A program made the position numbers and the translations under genes. From positions 7,874,001 through 7,938,000 of the forward strand of contig CP075495.1 of NCBI GenBank assembly GCA_021613535.1: 64,000 bases of DNA, written 5' to 3'. The notes under the pieces were generated by a model. The model saw only the letters and a list, made by a program, of their open reading frames with translations, was not told the DNA's origin and did no database searches. The number at the start of each line of letters is the position of its first letter. Within the stretch, counting starts at the first letter, position 1. The DNA comes from Adineta vaga (Eukaryota; Animalia; Rotifera). Below, piece by piece: positions 1 through 14,907 of the stretch.

Positions 1-1
1 T

Positions 2-259
2 ATTGCAACACCAAACTCATTACCAGATTTTAGTAACGTTTTTCCAGGCCCAAATCCTGCTCTATTCAATCCAATGGCTGCTTCAATGATGATGTTTATG
101 ATGCAACAACATTTAATGACAACAATGATGGCTGCTGCGGGTTTACCGCAATTACCTTCTGTACCAATACCACCTCCAACACCAACACCTTCGACTAATT
201 CCTCAGCGACATCTCCAAAGAAAACAAATGTTGATCGTATTACAAGATTTTGGTTATAG
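2..259 (+). CDS. 3' end of an upstream gene; Pro/Ser/Thr/Met-rich low-complexity C-terminus (5'-truncated)
   Basis: Frame is open from base 2 (IATPNSLPDFSNVFPGPNPALFNPMAAS...) to a TAG at 257-259. No recognisable domain. Confidence 0.45.
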   Translation: MATPNSLPDFSNVFPGPNPALFNPMAASMMMFMMQQHLMTTMMAAAGLPQLPSVPIPPPTPTPSTNSSATSPKKTNVDRITRFWL

Positions 260-927
260 AATAGAAAAGCAATACTCTCCAACGAACATCGCACAGATAC
301 AAACATAAGTTTTGACATTTGTTTGTTTTGTTGAAATCAATGTGATTTTGTTATTGCTGTTTTTCTATTATACTTTGTTTTGTCCTCTTTCTTTTTTCGC
401 AGTGCATTGAAATTGAAAAGGAAAAAAAGAAACTTAAGTTGTGTGCGTTTTGTGTGAGAGTAAAACTTTCTTTTTTGCGATTTTTTATCTATTAAAACTC
501 ATGAACAAAAAAATGAAACTAAATCTTCGTCTTTCAATGAAAAAAACAATTGACTAAATGTCTCCAACAAGTTATAGAGAATGACGAAACATAAAATAGA
601 TGGATTCACAATATGTGATCAGAAGAAGATTGATTAATAATCGAGGAATTTGTGCGAAGTTCACTGAAAGTGTGTCAGATACTATGGGAGAAAAAACTCA
701 TTCAGTTACTCAGCATCCTTTGTTGACGAATGCTTTTGTTATGGTTTTTAGGCAACAAAAACATAACAATTCGTTTTTTTAATTTCATTTAGTTATTATA
801 ACTAAACAAATAAGAATTCAACTAGAACTATCGATATCTTTGATTATCAATTAAACCGCTGGAGTTTTCTTTTCACTTATGTTTACATTTTTCCGAATAG
901 AATTTTTTCGAAAAGCAGAATAAATAA

Positions 928-1631
928 TCAATTGTCCTCTAATGTCGAAACTAATTGTGTAAAACGATCATCTTCTGTTGCTGTTTTTTGTATATGAGAG
1001 TGTCGATTATAAGCACTTTTCTTTCGTGCTGCAATCATATGTTTACGATTCATGACTTGTGATGAATGTGGTGCAAGAATGATTTCTAGCATAACTGGTT
1101 GAAATTGAAGGAAATTTTGTTTGATTCTTTCATTTGCTACTGCCGGAACATCATCATCAATTCCGTCGAAACGATGTAATGGAGAAATATTTACTGTCGA
1201 TGTATTTTTCGTTGGATAAATACTTGGAAGAAAAATATGGCTGGTTCGACCACTTTCTTCTGTTTTACGATTCCATGATGTTCGACATGTATCTCGAAAT
1301 GCTTTATCAGCATCAAACCATTGATGACGTTTCGATAATAAACCATAAACAAATACGTGATTCTGTGCATTACGACGGCGAATAGCATCAATATTATCTT
1401 TATCGATTTGTTTATGTTTACGATTAAGTTCACGTTGATACTCTGTTTCAGATTTTAAGAGAGTTTGATAATATAAACCTGGAAGACGATTTGTACCAGT
1501 TTTCTTCTTACTAAACAAATATATATATATATATATATGTACATATTGTGAAAGTTCAATTGTGATGTTTTCCATTAAAGATTAAAATCCTATTCCGAAG
1601 ATAAGTGAGATATTTTTACTTACAAGTTCAT
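928..1631 (-). CDS. Uncharacterised 2-exon protein (~196 aa)
   Basis: Exon 1 is 1631-1624 (ATGAACTT|gtaagt), intron 1623-1511 ends tttag, exon 2 is 1510-928. Splicing gives in-frame MNFKKKTGTNRLPGLYYQ... and replaces the (AT)n-derived N-terminus of the ORF-track call. Confidence 0.6.
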
Positions 1632-2539
1632 ATTCTAATAGAATTCTACTGTGTATATTTCAGTTGACAAATTGAGAAGAAAAGAAAAGGAAAAGGTGTC
1701 AATAATTTTGTTTCAATCGATGTTTGCTATTTGAAATACGTCATTTTTTTTATCAAGTTTAAAAGAAACAATATAAATTAATAACAATTTAATGCGTTGC
1801 GATGCAAAAAGAAAAAGAAATACGGTACTTGACACAGCAAAAATAAATGTGTCTTGTGAACTGTTGAATTTGTCTACAAAAGAAATTCAAAAATACTCTC
1901 TTCTCAAGTGTGAAAAAAATCTTCGCTTAAATAATAATAACAAATAAAGCGAAGAAAAAGAATTCTTTTCAATTACACAAAAGAAAACTAAAATAACTTC
2001 TTTGAACTGTAAAGAAATCTATCCGAAATACAAGTGCAATTTGTACAATATCTCTCTGTTTTTACTGTCTTGATTGCACTCGTTTAGCCTAATGACTCAT
2101 ATGAACGTTAACATTCGTCTATATTGTAAATATATATTGATATGAATTGATTTATTGCGTCATCATCGAAATAATTGATTTTCTTCGTTCTTTTTTCGCC
2201 TTATTTCTAGAATTTTATTTCTATGAAGTTATCATTTAGAACGTAAAATACCTAGATAAATATCAAAGAAACGAAAGCCGAACGAAAAAGAAAAATATAC
2301 TATAAGGAGATTCGTTCGATTCGATATATGACAAAAAAAAATTTCGATAATACAAGAGAATTTCTTTCATATGTCCATCACATGTGAACAGAAGAAAAGA
2401 AAGAAGATAGCCATAACTAGAATGTATGCAAACGGGCTGTTGTGAATAATAAAAGGCACGTCGTAGGTCGAAGTAAATTTTCTCTCTGTTTTTCTCTTGT
2501 ACTTATGCATTGCAAAGATTTTATCGTTTAATTTAAGTA

Positions 2540-3514
2540 ATGGATTCGTTTATTTTTGATTTTAATACTGATTCAACATTAACAAATGATACAAATAGTT
2601 CACATAGTGATTTGGATTGGACAGCTTTTCAATCAGCACCACCACCAACAACAAATAGTCCATTTTCACCCTTATGGTCCTCACAACAGGATGACGCTGT
2701 CGCACCTAGTAATCGATCAACTTCTGTAACTACACCACATGATGATGAAATTTATTTTGAAATTGAACACTTTTTCAATGGTTTAAATCAACAACAACAA
2801 CAACAACAACAAGCACTATTATTACCGATACAATCACAGCCACAACAACAGCAACAACAATATCAAGGTGCCATAGAACCAGTACATGTTAATATAAATA
2901 TTTCTGATCAAACAATGAATGATAGAGATCAAATGGAATCACCTATAACTGTAAATAACTATTGAAAAATTTCGTGTTACAATGTAGTGAATAATATATT
3001 TTTAGCCTTCAGCACATTTATCATTAGTTATCAATGAACGACCAATGTCTTGTTTACCAACACCACTTGTACCACATGTGTCTTCGTCCCGTTCGCAATG
3101 TTATCATAAATTACCTGACCATGCTGTTAAATTAATGCAAGAATGGTGAATAGAAAAATTAAATTCATTTAATATTCTTATCGATTCATTTCTTTCTAGG
3201 TACAATGCCAATTTGGAAGATCCATATCCACGTTCACCAGATAAAAAGCGTTTTATTACTGAAGGCAATATAACGGCACAACAATGTCGTTCTTGGTTCG
3301 CAAATCGACGTCAACGACTTAAACATGTGAAAAGAAATCAATTAAAATCACCATCATCATCATCATCACGTTCACACCATTCCATTCAAACAAGGTAATA
3401 ATCAAAATAAAACAATTCCTTCACACTCTTTCACATCTAAAATGTTGTAGATTTTCACAAATACCATCAGTTGAAGCACAAACTTTAGCACATGAACATT
3501 GCTATTACTGTCAA

Positions 3515-3551
<37 letters not shown>

Positions 3552-3727
3552 TGCAACTGCAACAGCAACAAATAGCATTATCACCATCATCTGTTCCATT
3601 AACAATACCAACAAATCCGACTACCACCACAACAACTACAACATTAAATGTCGTTATCAATCAACAAACAGTCGAACAACTGATTCATAATAGTCTTCGT
3701 AAATTACTCTATCCAGCTCTTATGTGA
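2540..3727 (+). CDS. Divergent TALE-class homeodomain transcription factor with poly-Q tracts, 4 exons
   Basis: Exons ~2540-2950, 3006-3145, 3200-3394 and 3451-3727, all GT-AG and in frame. Homeodomain reads HKLPDHAVKLMQEW/YNANLEDPYPRSPDKKRFITEGNITAQQCRSWFANRRQRLK, with the TALE PYP loop and WFxN helix 3. Confidence 0.8.
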
Positions 3728-3787
3728 TAGTTCATTCTCATGTTTATTTTATGTTCTTAGCACATGAAAACAAATCCTAGTCTTTTG

Positions 3788-3829
3788 TTGTGTGTGTATG
3801 TGTGCATCTGTATGTGTGTGTGTGTGTGT
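3788..3829. repeat. Interrupted (TG)n microsatellite
   Basis: tgtgtgtgtatgtgtgcatctgtatgtgtgtgtgtgtgtgt in the 3' region of the homeobox gene. Confidence 0.85.
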
Positions 3830-4448
3830 ATGTTACTTGTTTTGTTTTATTATTCTTTAGTCGAGTTGTTTCTCGTCTTATGTTTATAGAAGTCTTATTT
3901 GATTATTCTCATCAACAGTGGAACATTATAACCTAAACGTTATTTTCTTTTTCTTTCTTTTTCTTCGTTGTTGAAAGTTGTTGACATATGTTTTTATTTA
4001 TTATCTATGAAATCTGATGATTAAAACTATATTCCGTTAGTAGTTTGACAAGTGTAAAAATTCATTCTTTTTGTTTTGTTTTTTCTATTTCTGTTAGATT
4101 TTGTTTTAAACATATTACACAGTGCAATTATGATTGACTGTGATTTTCATCAAAGAAAAAACATATACAAACATCTTTTTTCATAATAGAAAAAGATCAA
4201 TCTTCGCTAGTTGTTTTATTTATTATGTAAAAGAACAAAAAGAAACTTTCTAATTATGATAATAATCTTTAGGTATAATCAAGGTCTTCATGACATTCTC
4301 GATGTTCGAATTGATAGTTTTCATTTAAAAAGTAAAGTAATTAGTAAATCTAGACGAAACATAACAAGTATTCAGATTTATATACATCAATATTTCTACG
4401 TATTCGAAGAAAATCTATATTTTATTAGTCAAATATTGAAGAAGTTCA

Positions 4449-6982
4449 TTAATGTAATGTATTATTCATTGATAGAGTAGTAGTATTAGAAAATGTACTC
4501 ATTTTGTCAATACCAAATATCGATGTTAACAAAAAGATTGATTCAATAAAAATCATTACAATACCAAACAATTTAATTCCAATACCAGCTTTGATTAAAT
4601 CTAATATTTTGACACTATCATTTGATAAAATCATAGCATTCGGTGGAGTAGCTAGAAAAAAACAACAAGATAGTAAAGAAATTTAAAAATAAAACATTTT
4701 ACCAATTGGTAACATGAATGATAATGAAACAGCCATACATGATGGCATAATTAAATAAGCAGGATGAATATATGCTATCATCGCCTGAATCGAAATGTAG
4801 ATAGAGATATGAAACAGAAGATATTTAAAAATGACTTACAATACTATGTAAAATTGGAAAGAGAATACTTGCACATGCTAGATTACTTGTAAACTCAGTC
4901 AAAATAGAACTTATTATGATAACGAAAAGAACAATAACTATTGGTGGAGCACCAACAATGAATTGAAGAAATGTTGCCATTGTACTCGATAGATCCGATG
5001 TCTATACGAATTCATTTTTCTAGTAAATCAAAAAGAAATCGACATCAAAGTTTACTTTAAATCCATCAGCAATAGCTAAACCAGCACCTTGCAACATAAA
5101 TACACCCCAAGGAAATGTTTTCGATAAATGATTCCATGGTAAAATTGGTTTATAAATCCAATTTTCTGAAAAAAAGAATAGAAAAAATAATTTCGTAAAG
5201 AGAAAAACAATTCACAAATACTATGAAATGGATTCTTATCCGGCAGGAGAAGTGGTAATGAACCAATGAACAACGCAATTGTTCCATCCGTTGCATATCT
5301 AAAAGAAAATTTCCGATTCATAAAGTCTTTGATAATTTCAAAAATATACTCTTTCGTAAATATGAATAACCAACGATGTTCGGAAAAATCTCGTATTATC
5401 CAAAGCAGAATCAAAAGTATAAAAAGACAAATAACGATGATTTCTTGCCATGATAAAACATTTAAATCTTCATATTGTTGTTTAAGAATAGAATGTAAAT
5501 GTTCTTCACGTTCTTGTTCTTTCTTACTCATTTTCCAACGAAAGAAACTATATAATCAACTAAAGAAAATCAATTGAAAACATAGTCGATAGTTACTCTT
5601 TACGATTGTATAGGATTTGTAATGATAACCAAGAAAATAAGAGCATCATCAAACCCATCGGTAATGCATAGAGAAAAAAGTTTCCAAATGATATTTCAAA
5701 TTTTAATTTTTCATCATTTTCATACATTCTAAAATATGATTGTAGATCTTATTTAAAGAGTTGTTATTAAATACATAGATTTTTACTGATCAACAAAGCC
5801 TTTGACAAATATATTTGGACCAGTACCAACTAATGTTGTTAATCCACCAATACCAGAACTATAAGCAACAGCAATAAGAAAACCTTTGAAGGAGATAAAA
5901 GATTCGTAGATTAGTAAGAAGTTTTCGAAAACATCTCTTTAAGTTATTTTTATCGATGATTATGTAACAGATCTGCTGAACTAATGAAGTCTTCAATTGA
6001 ATCAAAATAAAAACGTACCACATCTTAATTTTGAATAATCAAATATTGATCTTTCATTTTCTTTTGATGAATTATTAAATGGTATTAATCTTCAAATATA
6101 ATCCTATTTATATTAAAATTCAAAAACAAATATTTATTACTCACTCATCTGTAATATTCATTTTCACATGATGTAATAGTTCTTTATTTTCATTTTCTTC
6201 TTCAACTACTGTTTTTACATCGAATACAGCTGGAAAAAACATCTCTTACAGATGAATATAAATTGAATAGATTCTCATACGTTCACTGTCTACAGGAACG
6301 ATTTCTTGTGTTTGTTGCGCATCGACAGATGTTTTCGTCTCATAATTTTCAAGTTGATCAACAATAGCAATAGCAACAGGCATCATAATACTTGCTGCAG
6401 CTGAATTACTTATCCACATGCTGATAAAGCCTGTTACACACATCAATCCTGCCATACTCCTAATCATTAACAGAAAAAATTCATTTTCATTTCTTTAATA
6501 CATTATCAAACCATCTGATTGATGAACCAACACAACACAATACAAATAATGCTAATCGTCGATGTAAATGTATATATTCCATTGCATGTGCTAATGTCAT
6601 ACTACCAAGAAATAACGTTGTTATATCCTAAAGAAAACTTAATTTAATAAATTTCGACGAGAAAATTGTCTTCTTTTTTAACTTTGAAATAGCTATGACC
6701 AACCATTTCGCCAGGTAAAATATTTAACATAGGAAATAAAGCTAATGGAAATAGTGAAGTAACACCATAAGGTACGACTTCTGTTACCCAATAAATTGTT
6801 AAAAGAAGAACAATATAAGCACATCGTGCTTGCTAAAAGAAATTGTGTTAAATATAAACTTCTTAATTGTAGAGGAAAATTTATCGTACAGCTGAATTTA
6901 TGAGAAGAGGAAGTGGTAAGAGAATTAATGGACTTAAGAATATAATTAATAAACGCCACCAACGTTTGAATGAAGAAAGCAT
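4449..6982 (-). CDS. SLC13: SLC13/DASS family Na+-coupled di/tricarboxylate or sulfate cotransporter (INDY-like), multi-exon
   Basis: Spliced motifs LAHAMEYIHLHRRLAL, FISMWISNSAAASIMMP, YSSGIGGLTTLVGTGPN, TEFTSNLACASILFP and SFMLPI/ATPPNA. N-terminus MLSSFKRWWRLLIIFLSPLILLPLPL. Confidence 0.9.
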
Positions 6983-7767
6983 TCGTATTACTTGCGCCTT
7001 GAGACGAAATGAAAACGTAAATGATCTTTGCATGAAGAATATGTATGCATAGTTTGTAGACATTATTAACATTCATGTCTGACATTTATAAAGAATGATG
7101 AACATTATACGTTGAAATAAACTATTGTTATCAAATAGTTAAACTTACATGGTACGTGCATAGAGAACAATCCTTCATTCTTGTGATTGTATTATCGAAT
7201 TGAATATTGACAACGAATCTCAGACTTATTACATTTGAAAAATAAAACAATCGTTCTTTGTGATATATATACACAGACTGATTAAGTCAGAGAAACACAT
7301 ATATAACGATCGCATTATGATAAGCAAGACGGTAAGTAAAATACTCAACTGTTATTTCTTTTTTTAAAGATTGATAACTTTTAGTCATTAAATTTTGCTT
7401 TTTAAATATCAATTCTATTTGATATCAACATAACAATAATAAATAAATATTACCAAGTTCTTCATGTCAATTCGTATACGTGATTGATAGTCTCCAACTG
7501 TATGTTTTAGAATATTATTAATCCATCAGGAAACAAAGCATTAGAATATACTATATGTATATATATGTATGTGTAAAAAGGACAATGATCATCACTTTTG
7601 TTTTATTATTCTTATTTCAATCAATGAAAAATATGACGAAAAACACATATTCGTTTTTTCTTTAATAAACGAAAGCATATACAGAGACAACAATAAAATA
7701 GATATAGAGATTAGTTCAAAACGATTTTGTGCACATTTTTTTAGTAAATAATATGAGGAATGATGAA

Positions 7768-10700
7768 TTACACTCGTACTTTATGTTCAGCTGTTGTTCC
7801 ATTGTTCCGAGAAGATTTGTTCTTGACAACAGGTTCTTCATTCACTTGTTGTGGTTTTTTCACGTTTACAATTCGAAAACTTTCTACAAGACGACAAATA
7901 TTTTCTTTTAGTAAAACGTGTTCAAGATTAATGAAAAAATCTGATAACTTACCAAGAAATTCATTGAAATCAATTTTACCATTTTTATCAAAATCCATTG
8001 CTGATGTTAATTCTTCTACATATGCGTCATTAACATCACCTGCAGCATTTTCACCGTAGAGTATAAGTTTAATAATATCTGCAAATTCATTCCGACTTAT
8101 GAATCCTGAATGATTATAATCAATCAAATTAAATAATGCCAAAAGCATATCTTTCCACATATATAAATCTTCCATGATACCTGCATTAGACTAGAGAGAA
8201 AAAAAGTGGATGAAAATGTCATATGGAACTCAATGGGCTTTATTCGATGTATTACCATTTGAAATTTCGGATTATCTAAAATATAATCATTGAACATTGT
8301 TTGATATAAGATGCCATTGGCATCTTCTTTAACTAATTTTGTACGTAAAATAAGCCATGGTAAATCGATTTGAAGTACATCAGACATAATATCAGCCCAA
8401 GTTGTTAATGGTAGATGATCTAATATAGAACATAAGTTTGCTACAAAGAAAAAGAACAACAAATTACCATCTTTTTTTATATCTGCTTTAGCAAATTGTT
8501 TGAGAAGTGCCGTTTTATTTGTCATAATCTTTTCTATTAGCGAATGATACGCTGGATCTTCGAATAAAGTAACTCTAAAGATAAAGATTGAAATTTGTTC
8601 CATATCTGTCGCAAAAAGGTTTTTCATCATACTGTTTACTAAAACTTAATTTTTCAATATCGAGACCTTGAGTTTTAAATGAAATAATCCATGGTTCTTC
8701 TTCATTATAATCCCTAGAAAAACAATAACAATAAATCTTTCAAAATTTCTTCTATGAAACGAACCATCGTACAACAGCACCCCAATTCGAACCACCGCAA
8801 TAATTTGAAGCACTAAAAACTGTTAAAACTTTTCCACCATGATTATATTCATAACCATCCTGTTTCACTTGATGTGATCGTATAATCATCGATAAATTAT
8901 ATTTCTTTAGAAATTGATGAGTAACATCAGCACCAAAGAAACAAGCCATCTTTCGATCATCATTTTTACGACAACCTTTACGACCACGAGGATCCGGATC
9001 ACTCCAAAACAAATCTTTTAAAACATACAAAAAAAAAGAAGCATCAGTTAAATAGCACAAAATATTCTTCGACATTCTATTCTATTCAACAATAGAACTT
9101 TTCAAATTCATGATTATAAAATACATGAAGAATTGAGTTTCTCGGATAGAAATTAGTAGAATAATTATGTAAAGAACAGTTCAAATTACTTTCATAGAAC
9201 ACTTCTAACAATAGGATTTCATCTTTATCTGTGCATTCGTTTGCTTCGATTGTTAATCAGTAATATTTATGCATGATCAACATGCAATGCATAGAATAAA
9301 TTATTTTAAAAACCAAAGATAAGAATAAACAAATCAAAAAAATATATGAGTGATTTATTCTTTATATTCTATTGATTATTTTCAAACTGAGTAGTTTTCT
9401 TTCAGTTCAATAAAAGGACTATTATATGAAAGAAATTATTTCGAACAAACAATGAATCTTCAGTTCTTCTCATGAGATTTCCGTTTCGAACAAAAGTATC
9501 AAATATCCTCCTACATACTTTGTTCCTAATGAAGATAAAAATAGCAAAAAAAATATTTTTCTACCTTGTATTTGATGATATTCATTATCTTCTTCGTCAG
9601 TTAATCGTTTTCCACCACTTTTAGATTCCGGTGGTACTTCAATTGAAACATCTAAAATGCAAGTATATCAGGTAATCATCTTTTCTCTCATTCTTCTATT
9701 ACATCGATTTCTTGCTAAACTATTCAATTTTTTCAGGTTGATTTTATCGGATATTCCACCATGCATAACAATAATTTTATTTTTTCCAGCATCGACATAC
9801 GAATAAAGTGGTAACCAACTGAAAATATCTTTGAATAAATCCACTAATGGTGCTTTACGTGTCTAAATAGAACAAAAGAAATTAAAAAAAAACATTTGAA
9901 AACAATTATTGATAGAATTACGAACTCGATATTTATGATTGATTTCATTATGAAAACCATATCGAACAGTGACCATAATATCTTCATGATTACCTAAAAA
10001 TAGAGATATCGATTTAAAACGAAAAGAAATTATATATGATCATACCTCGATTAAGAAAGACTGAACTTGGATAGAGTATAAGAGCAACCATTAATAAAAG
10101 TATAACTTCAACTGAATTTCGACCTCGATCAACAAAATCTCCATTAAATATATAAGCATTGTCAGTTGAAGGAAGTCCATTCTAAATGAAAGATAGAAGA
10201 TAAAAATTTCATTTGTTTGAAAAAAGCAAAATTACCGAATTAAATATATGTAATAAGTCAGCTAATTGTCCATGAAGATCACCAACAATAAATACATGTC
10301 GAAGATTGGATAAATCCACATGATTAAAATTTGGAATTGTTTTAAGAATGGCACGTGCTTGATGCAGAATTTCACAAACATATTTTTCATGTAAAACCTC
10401 GAAAAGAAAAAGAAAAGATTTTAACTACAAATACAATCAAAAATTGATAAATTAATGAAAGAAACTATTCGATTACAAGTCATTTGTATTAGATAATTAA
10501 TGACTATGATAATAACAAATAAAATGTCACGATATAATTAGGTTCTATTTGACATTTCATTCATGTAGAAGTAACCGAATGATTCAACTTACTTGACCAC
10601 GTTGAAAAGCTTCAATTAGATTTACAAATACTTTTCGTGTAATTGGACCTTCGATATCTATAAAAAATCAATCGAACTCTTCAAATTCATTGCTCTAATG

Positions 10701-12057
10701 AAAAAAAACTTCAATCTTACGTGGCCCTCGATAACTTGGATCAATACGAATATTGTCTGGATTTGTTAATCTAAGTAGTTCTTTTTCTTCTAAAGAACAA
10801 AAGATATTGATATTATTTTGTTTTTCTTTTCAATAGAAGTTCATCTTCTAAAACTACTTTACCGACAGGTAATCCGGCTTTGTGAAGTAATTTTGTGACT
10901 GATGGCGAGAGTGTATCTGATGCTTTAATCAATTTTTCAAACATATCTTTGAGCTTAATGAAAAGAAATTAAAGAAAGAAAAAGACGGTCTTTGATAATT
11001 AAAAATATCTCTTACCTTTGCTTCAGTTTGTTCACTAGAATATTCAAGTTTTTCATGAATTTGCCAAGCTGCTTGCTTTTTTAGTTTAAGTCGAGCTTGA
11101 TGTTTACGAAATGCAGCCTGAATTTTCGACGCTGATTTGTCAACTACAATAATGATAATAAGAAAACAAGATCAATAATAGCATACCTCTCTTAACTTAC
11201 TTGATAATGTCGATAATTTTGAAACCATTTTCATTTTATCTGCTCGATCGGATAGAGCAGCAACTTGTGGTACGATCTGTAAAAGTATCATCAAATTCAA
11301 TTAACAATACAAAACAAGAATAACACATGCACAATTAGTTTGATAAGAAAAGAAAAAATAATCGATCTTTAGGTTTCCTATGTCACATATTGCTTTTTAT
11401 ACTTCGATCAAAATACAAAATAGCGAAAAAAACGAAGAAAAATACATCGATTTATTATCCTATGTTTTTCTTTCTCATCGTCATTCGACAGTTTTTTTTT
11501 GGTAGAAGGAAGAACTGATTGATTCATTCATTCGAATGTGGTGCCTATTGACCTTCATCAACTTTGTCTTATTGCGTTTTTTTTACTACATCTAGAATGT
11601 TCATCAATATTCTCTATTAATTTTCATATAGATTCTTCTTTTGCGAAGATCTATTAAATAACACAACATGTGGAAAAACGATTATTTTATACTCTTGTTT
11701 CTTCTACAATGAATGTTTTACTAATATTTTTCAATATAAATAGAAGAATAAGCTTTTCAGAATACTCGCAAGAAATCAGTTCTATCTTACGTCAACTACC
11801 GATGAAATCAAATCACTATTTTCCAACGTTTTCCTCTCTCTCGTTAAATACAATATGTCAAATAGGATCATTGAAGAATAATGATTAACTATCATGGGTA
11901 CTGTATAATCTATATATATATATTATCAAATGTCAATTGTATTTTGTTACATTTACTCGGTGATGTATAAGATAAGATACATTCAAATGAGCTAAAATCT
12001 AAATAAATATCAAAATTATTTTTTTAGTTTTACCTGTGCCAAGATCGGATGGTTCAT
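7768..12057 (-). CDS. PPEF: Ser/Thr protein phosphatase with IQ motif and EF-hands (PPEF / rdgC), many exons
   Basis: IQ motif [15 protein letters not shown] (~11100-11135). PPP motifs [34 protein letters not shown] and [10 protein letters not shown]-hands [12 protein letters not shown] and [12 protein letters not shown]. The start is uncertain: either a 24-nt in-frame exon 12057-12034 (MNHPILAQ|gt) or an ATG near 11234. Confidence 0.9.
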
Positions 12058-13725
12058 GTTATGTTTTTCGCCACGTGTAAGTCGAGGATGAAAGGATAAA
12101 AAAAGAATGAAATTGTTATAATTTTCTTGATGTTCTTCTTTTCTCTAACGCATTTATCTTGTCATCAGTTGAAGGGTAAACTTTTAACAGCCAGTTATAT
12201 TCGTGTTTATACGCCAAACACTTTAGTGATAAATGAAAAGAATCTTCAGACAATAATACAGTCAGGCTAGAAGGAAACTGAATGGTAGTTTCCAATAATT
12301 GTTGTTATTTTTTGGTATAGATGCAATGGTTACCACGAGCTAGAAACAGCAGACTAGTAATAAATGAGACACATAGAATGTAGAGAGGGAGAGAAGGAGA
12401 AAGGGAAAGGCAAGGAAAAAACTGGCAGTCTTTTACATCTCATTCTTCTCTCTGTTCTTCTTCGTCAAGTGACGCGAAAAAAAAACAGAGAAAAAAGTAT
12501 GATGCTGGCGCGTTATGCGAATGCATTGAGGGAAGATTTCCATCAAAGCTAAACAAGAATACATCCATCCTACCAAAAAAAAATCGTAATGTTATCTCTA
12601 TAAAAATTTAGCGCGCTACAAAGAATAAATCTAAGTAGTATGAATCTGAAAATAGTTCATCTCAAGTCGCCTCATTTTTCTCTTTTGCTGCCATGATAGT
12701 TAAACTAATGTCATGTCTAAACGGATGTGAATCATTTAGAAGATGCAGATGTATATATATATATAAAAATAATATTTCCTTTGTTGCTACGAGTCATAAT
12801 TCAATTTTTTACGCATAGAAAACTCCATAATTCTATTCTCAAATAAACACACATAGATACAAAAGAATAGAGCATGTTCTTCTATTCATCAACATTTATT
12901 AGATATTATTTACACTCGAATTCTATCATCGATTAGAAAATTGATTTTATTTATTATATCTGGCATTCTTTTCTTTTTCTGCTCCGTAATTAGGATAAGA
13001 TCAATTATTCTTATTCTTATCACTTGAACTATGTCAACGAGAAGAAGAAAAAAAGAGAGAGAATTATTTGTCGACAAATTCTATTTTTATTTCAATCGGA
13101 CGAAATGTTTTTATTCGCTTATTGCTTTCTATATGATCCGTAAAATAAGAATCTTTTACTAATCAATATTACTGTATGTCTCGAATATTCGTTCATACAA
13201 CTCGATTGATACCATCTATATGACAATAATTAATAGTCTCCAAGCAATTTATTGCTTTTTGTAGCGGCTAGTTTATGGATGCTTTTAGTTTTAAGCCGAA
13301 TCGACGGATTCCCTCATGCATATATTTCAATGTGAAAGAGAGAAAAAAAGATAATTTCCGTTTCTCATAAATTACATTGAGATAATTCAATTACAAAATA
13401 TCAAACCAGTCAAACAAAAAAAACTTGTGATGCAAGTTTTCATTTTTCAACAATCTTTTTGTGAATACTCAACAAAAAAAAAAGATTCTTTGTCTAAATC
13501 CTTTTTTATCCGATTAGAAACAATTAGTTTTACTGTCAGAAAAGAATAATGTATTTTAGAGAAATTGTGACAATGAAAGGATATTAACTTAGTTGATAAT
13601 GTTTTCTTTTATAAAAGGTTTTTTTGAATAGCATTTCCTAAGTATTTATTTGAATTTTAACAATAATCATCATATATATATATATATATACAATGAATGA
13701 TATTAAAATAAAAAATTCCAATGAA

Positions 13726-14907
13726 TTATTTCTTAACATCTTTATAAGCAACAACAAACATTTGTGGTACATCAAATTCTGGTGAATAACCACTATTATA
13801 AGATGAATCTTCAAATATGATACTATAAGAATCTTTGCCAATACGTGGAATACTTTCCACAATACCTTTATAAAAACAAGATGTTTGAGGATATAGTGCA
13901 AGAACAATTGTACGTCGAGAAAATAAAGCTTGAGGACATGTTAATGGACATGCTCGCCATTGTGGTAATGGAATAACATGACGTTTGTTAATATTATAGT
14001 ATCGTCCTTGGCCAGGTTCAGCATCAATATCAACAATATCATATTTGGCTTTATTTGCATGAACATTCGCCACTTCAGCTAGAATCCAATTTTCATCACC
14101 ATCTTCACCTTCAACAAAACCTGCAATAAGATCACCAACATGACAGACATGATTAACTACAGCTGGAATAGCACCACAGAGGGGTGGTGGAACATCACCC
14201 TAGAGAAAAAAACACGCATTCATAATTAGAAAAAATTCTATTCTAGTTCAATGATGTCGTATTAAATTGAAAAGAAAAGTGAAAAGTATGTGACTTTTTC
14301 ATACTGATATTTCATTGACTTCCGTTATCAAATTATTTCTAATTATAATCATACTTACTTTATTTGAACAATTTCCTGTATGCTCACTTCCATACCAAAT
14401 CTTTAGAACATATGCCATATGCGATAGAAGATCGGCAAGACCTCTTCTTGTTGTATGACTACGATTTGAATCGAGATGAGTTTTCGTTACATTGGAAATT
14501 TCAATTTGTAATTGACGAACTTGAGATATTTTGGATAGAGCTATTTTGTACATATCAATTTCATTTTGTACATTGGTTAATGCTTGTGAAACATTCGTTT
14601 TTATTGATTGAGAATTGAGATTTTCATTGGGTGATGTTGACGATTTTTGTTGTTGTTGCTGTTGTTGAATGGAAAGCCATCCATCTCGACTTTGATTATA
14701 ACATTCTTTCGTTTGTTTTAAATCATCTTGTAATTCAAGTAAAAGCTTTTGAATTGTTAATTCATTCTGATTAATAATATCTTTTGGTTCAGTGGATGAA
14801 GGTTGAGCTATTGCCGATGATGAAGAAGAGGATGTACGAGATGGAGAATGTTCAATATTATTATTATTATTATTATTATTGTTATTATTATTATTTGTGC
14901 GAGTCAT
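13726..14907 (-). CDS. SGF29: SAGA-associated factor 29 (tandem Tudor, H3K4me reader), 2 exons
   Basis: One intron (~14358-14200). PPPLCGAIP, DGDENWILAEV, IPLPQWRACP, VLALYPQTSCFYKG and FEDSSYNSGYSP match the SGF29 Tudor domain. N-terminal coiled coil and poly-N. Confidence 0.92.
14855..14893. repeat. (ATT)n trinucleotide repeat encoding poly-Asn in SGF29
   Basis: About 13 ATT/GTT units. Confidence 0.85.

Noticed and set aside
3402-3690. Poly-Val and poly-Thr ORFs
   Set aside because: Antisense and alternative-frame shadows of the (CAA)n poly-Gln exon of the homeobox gene.
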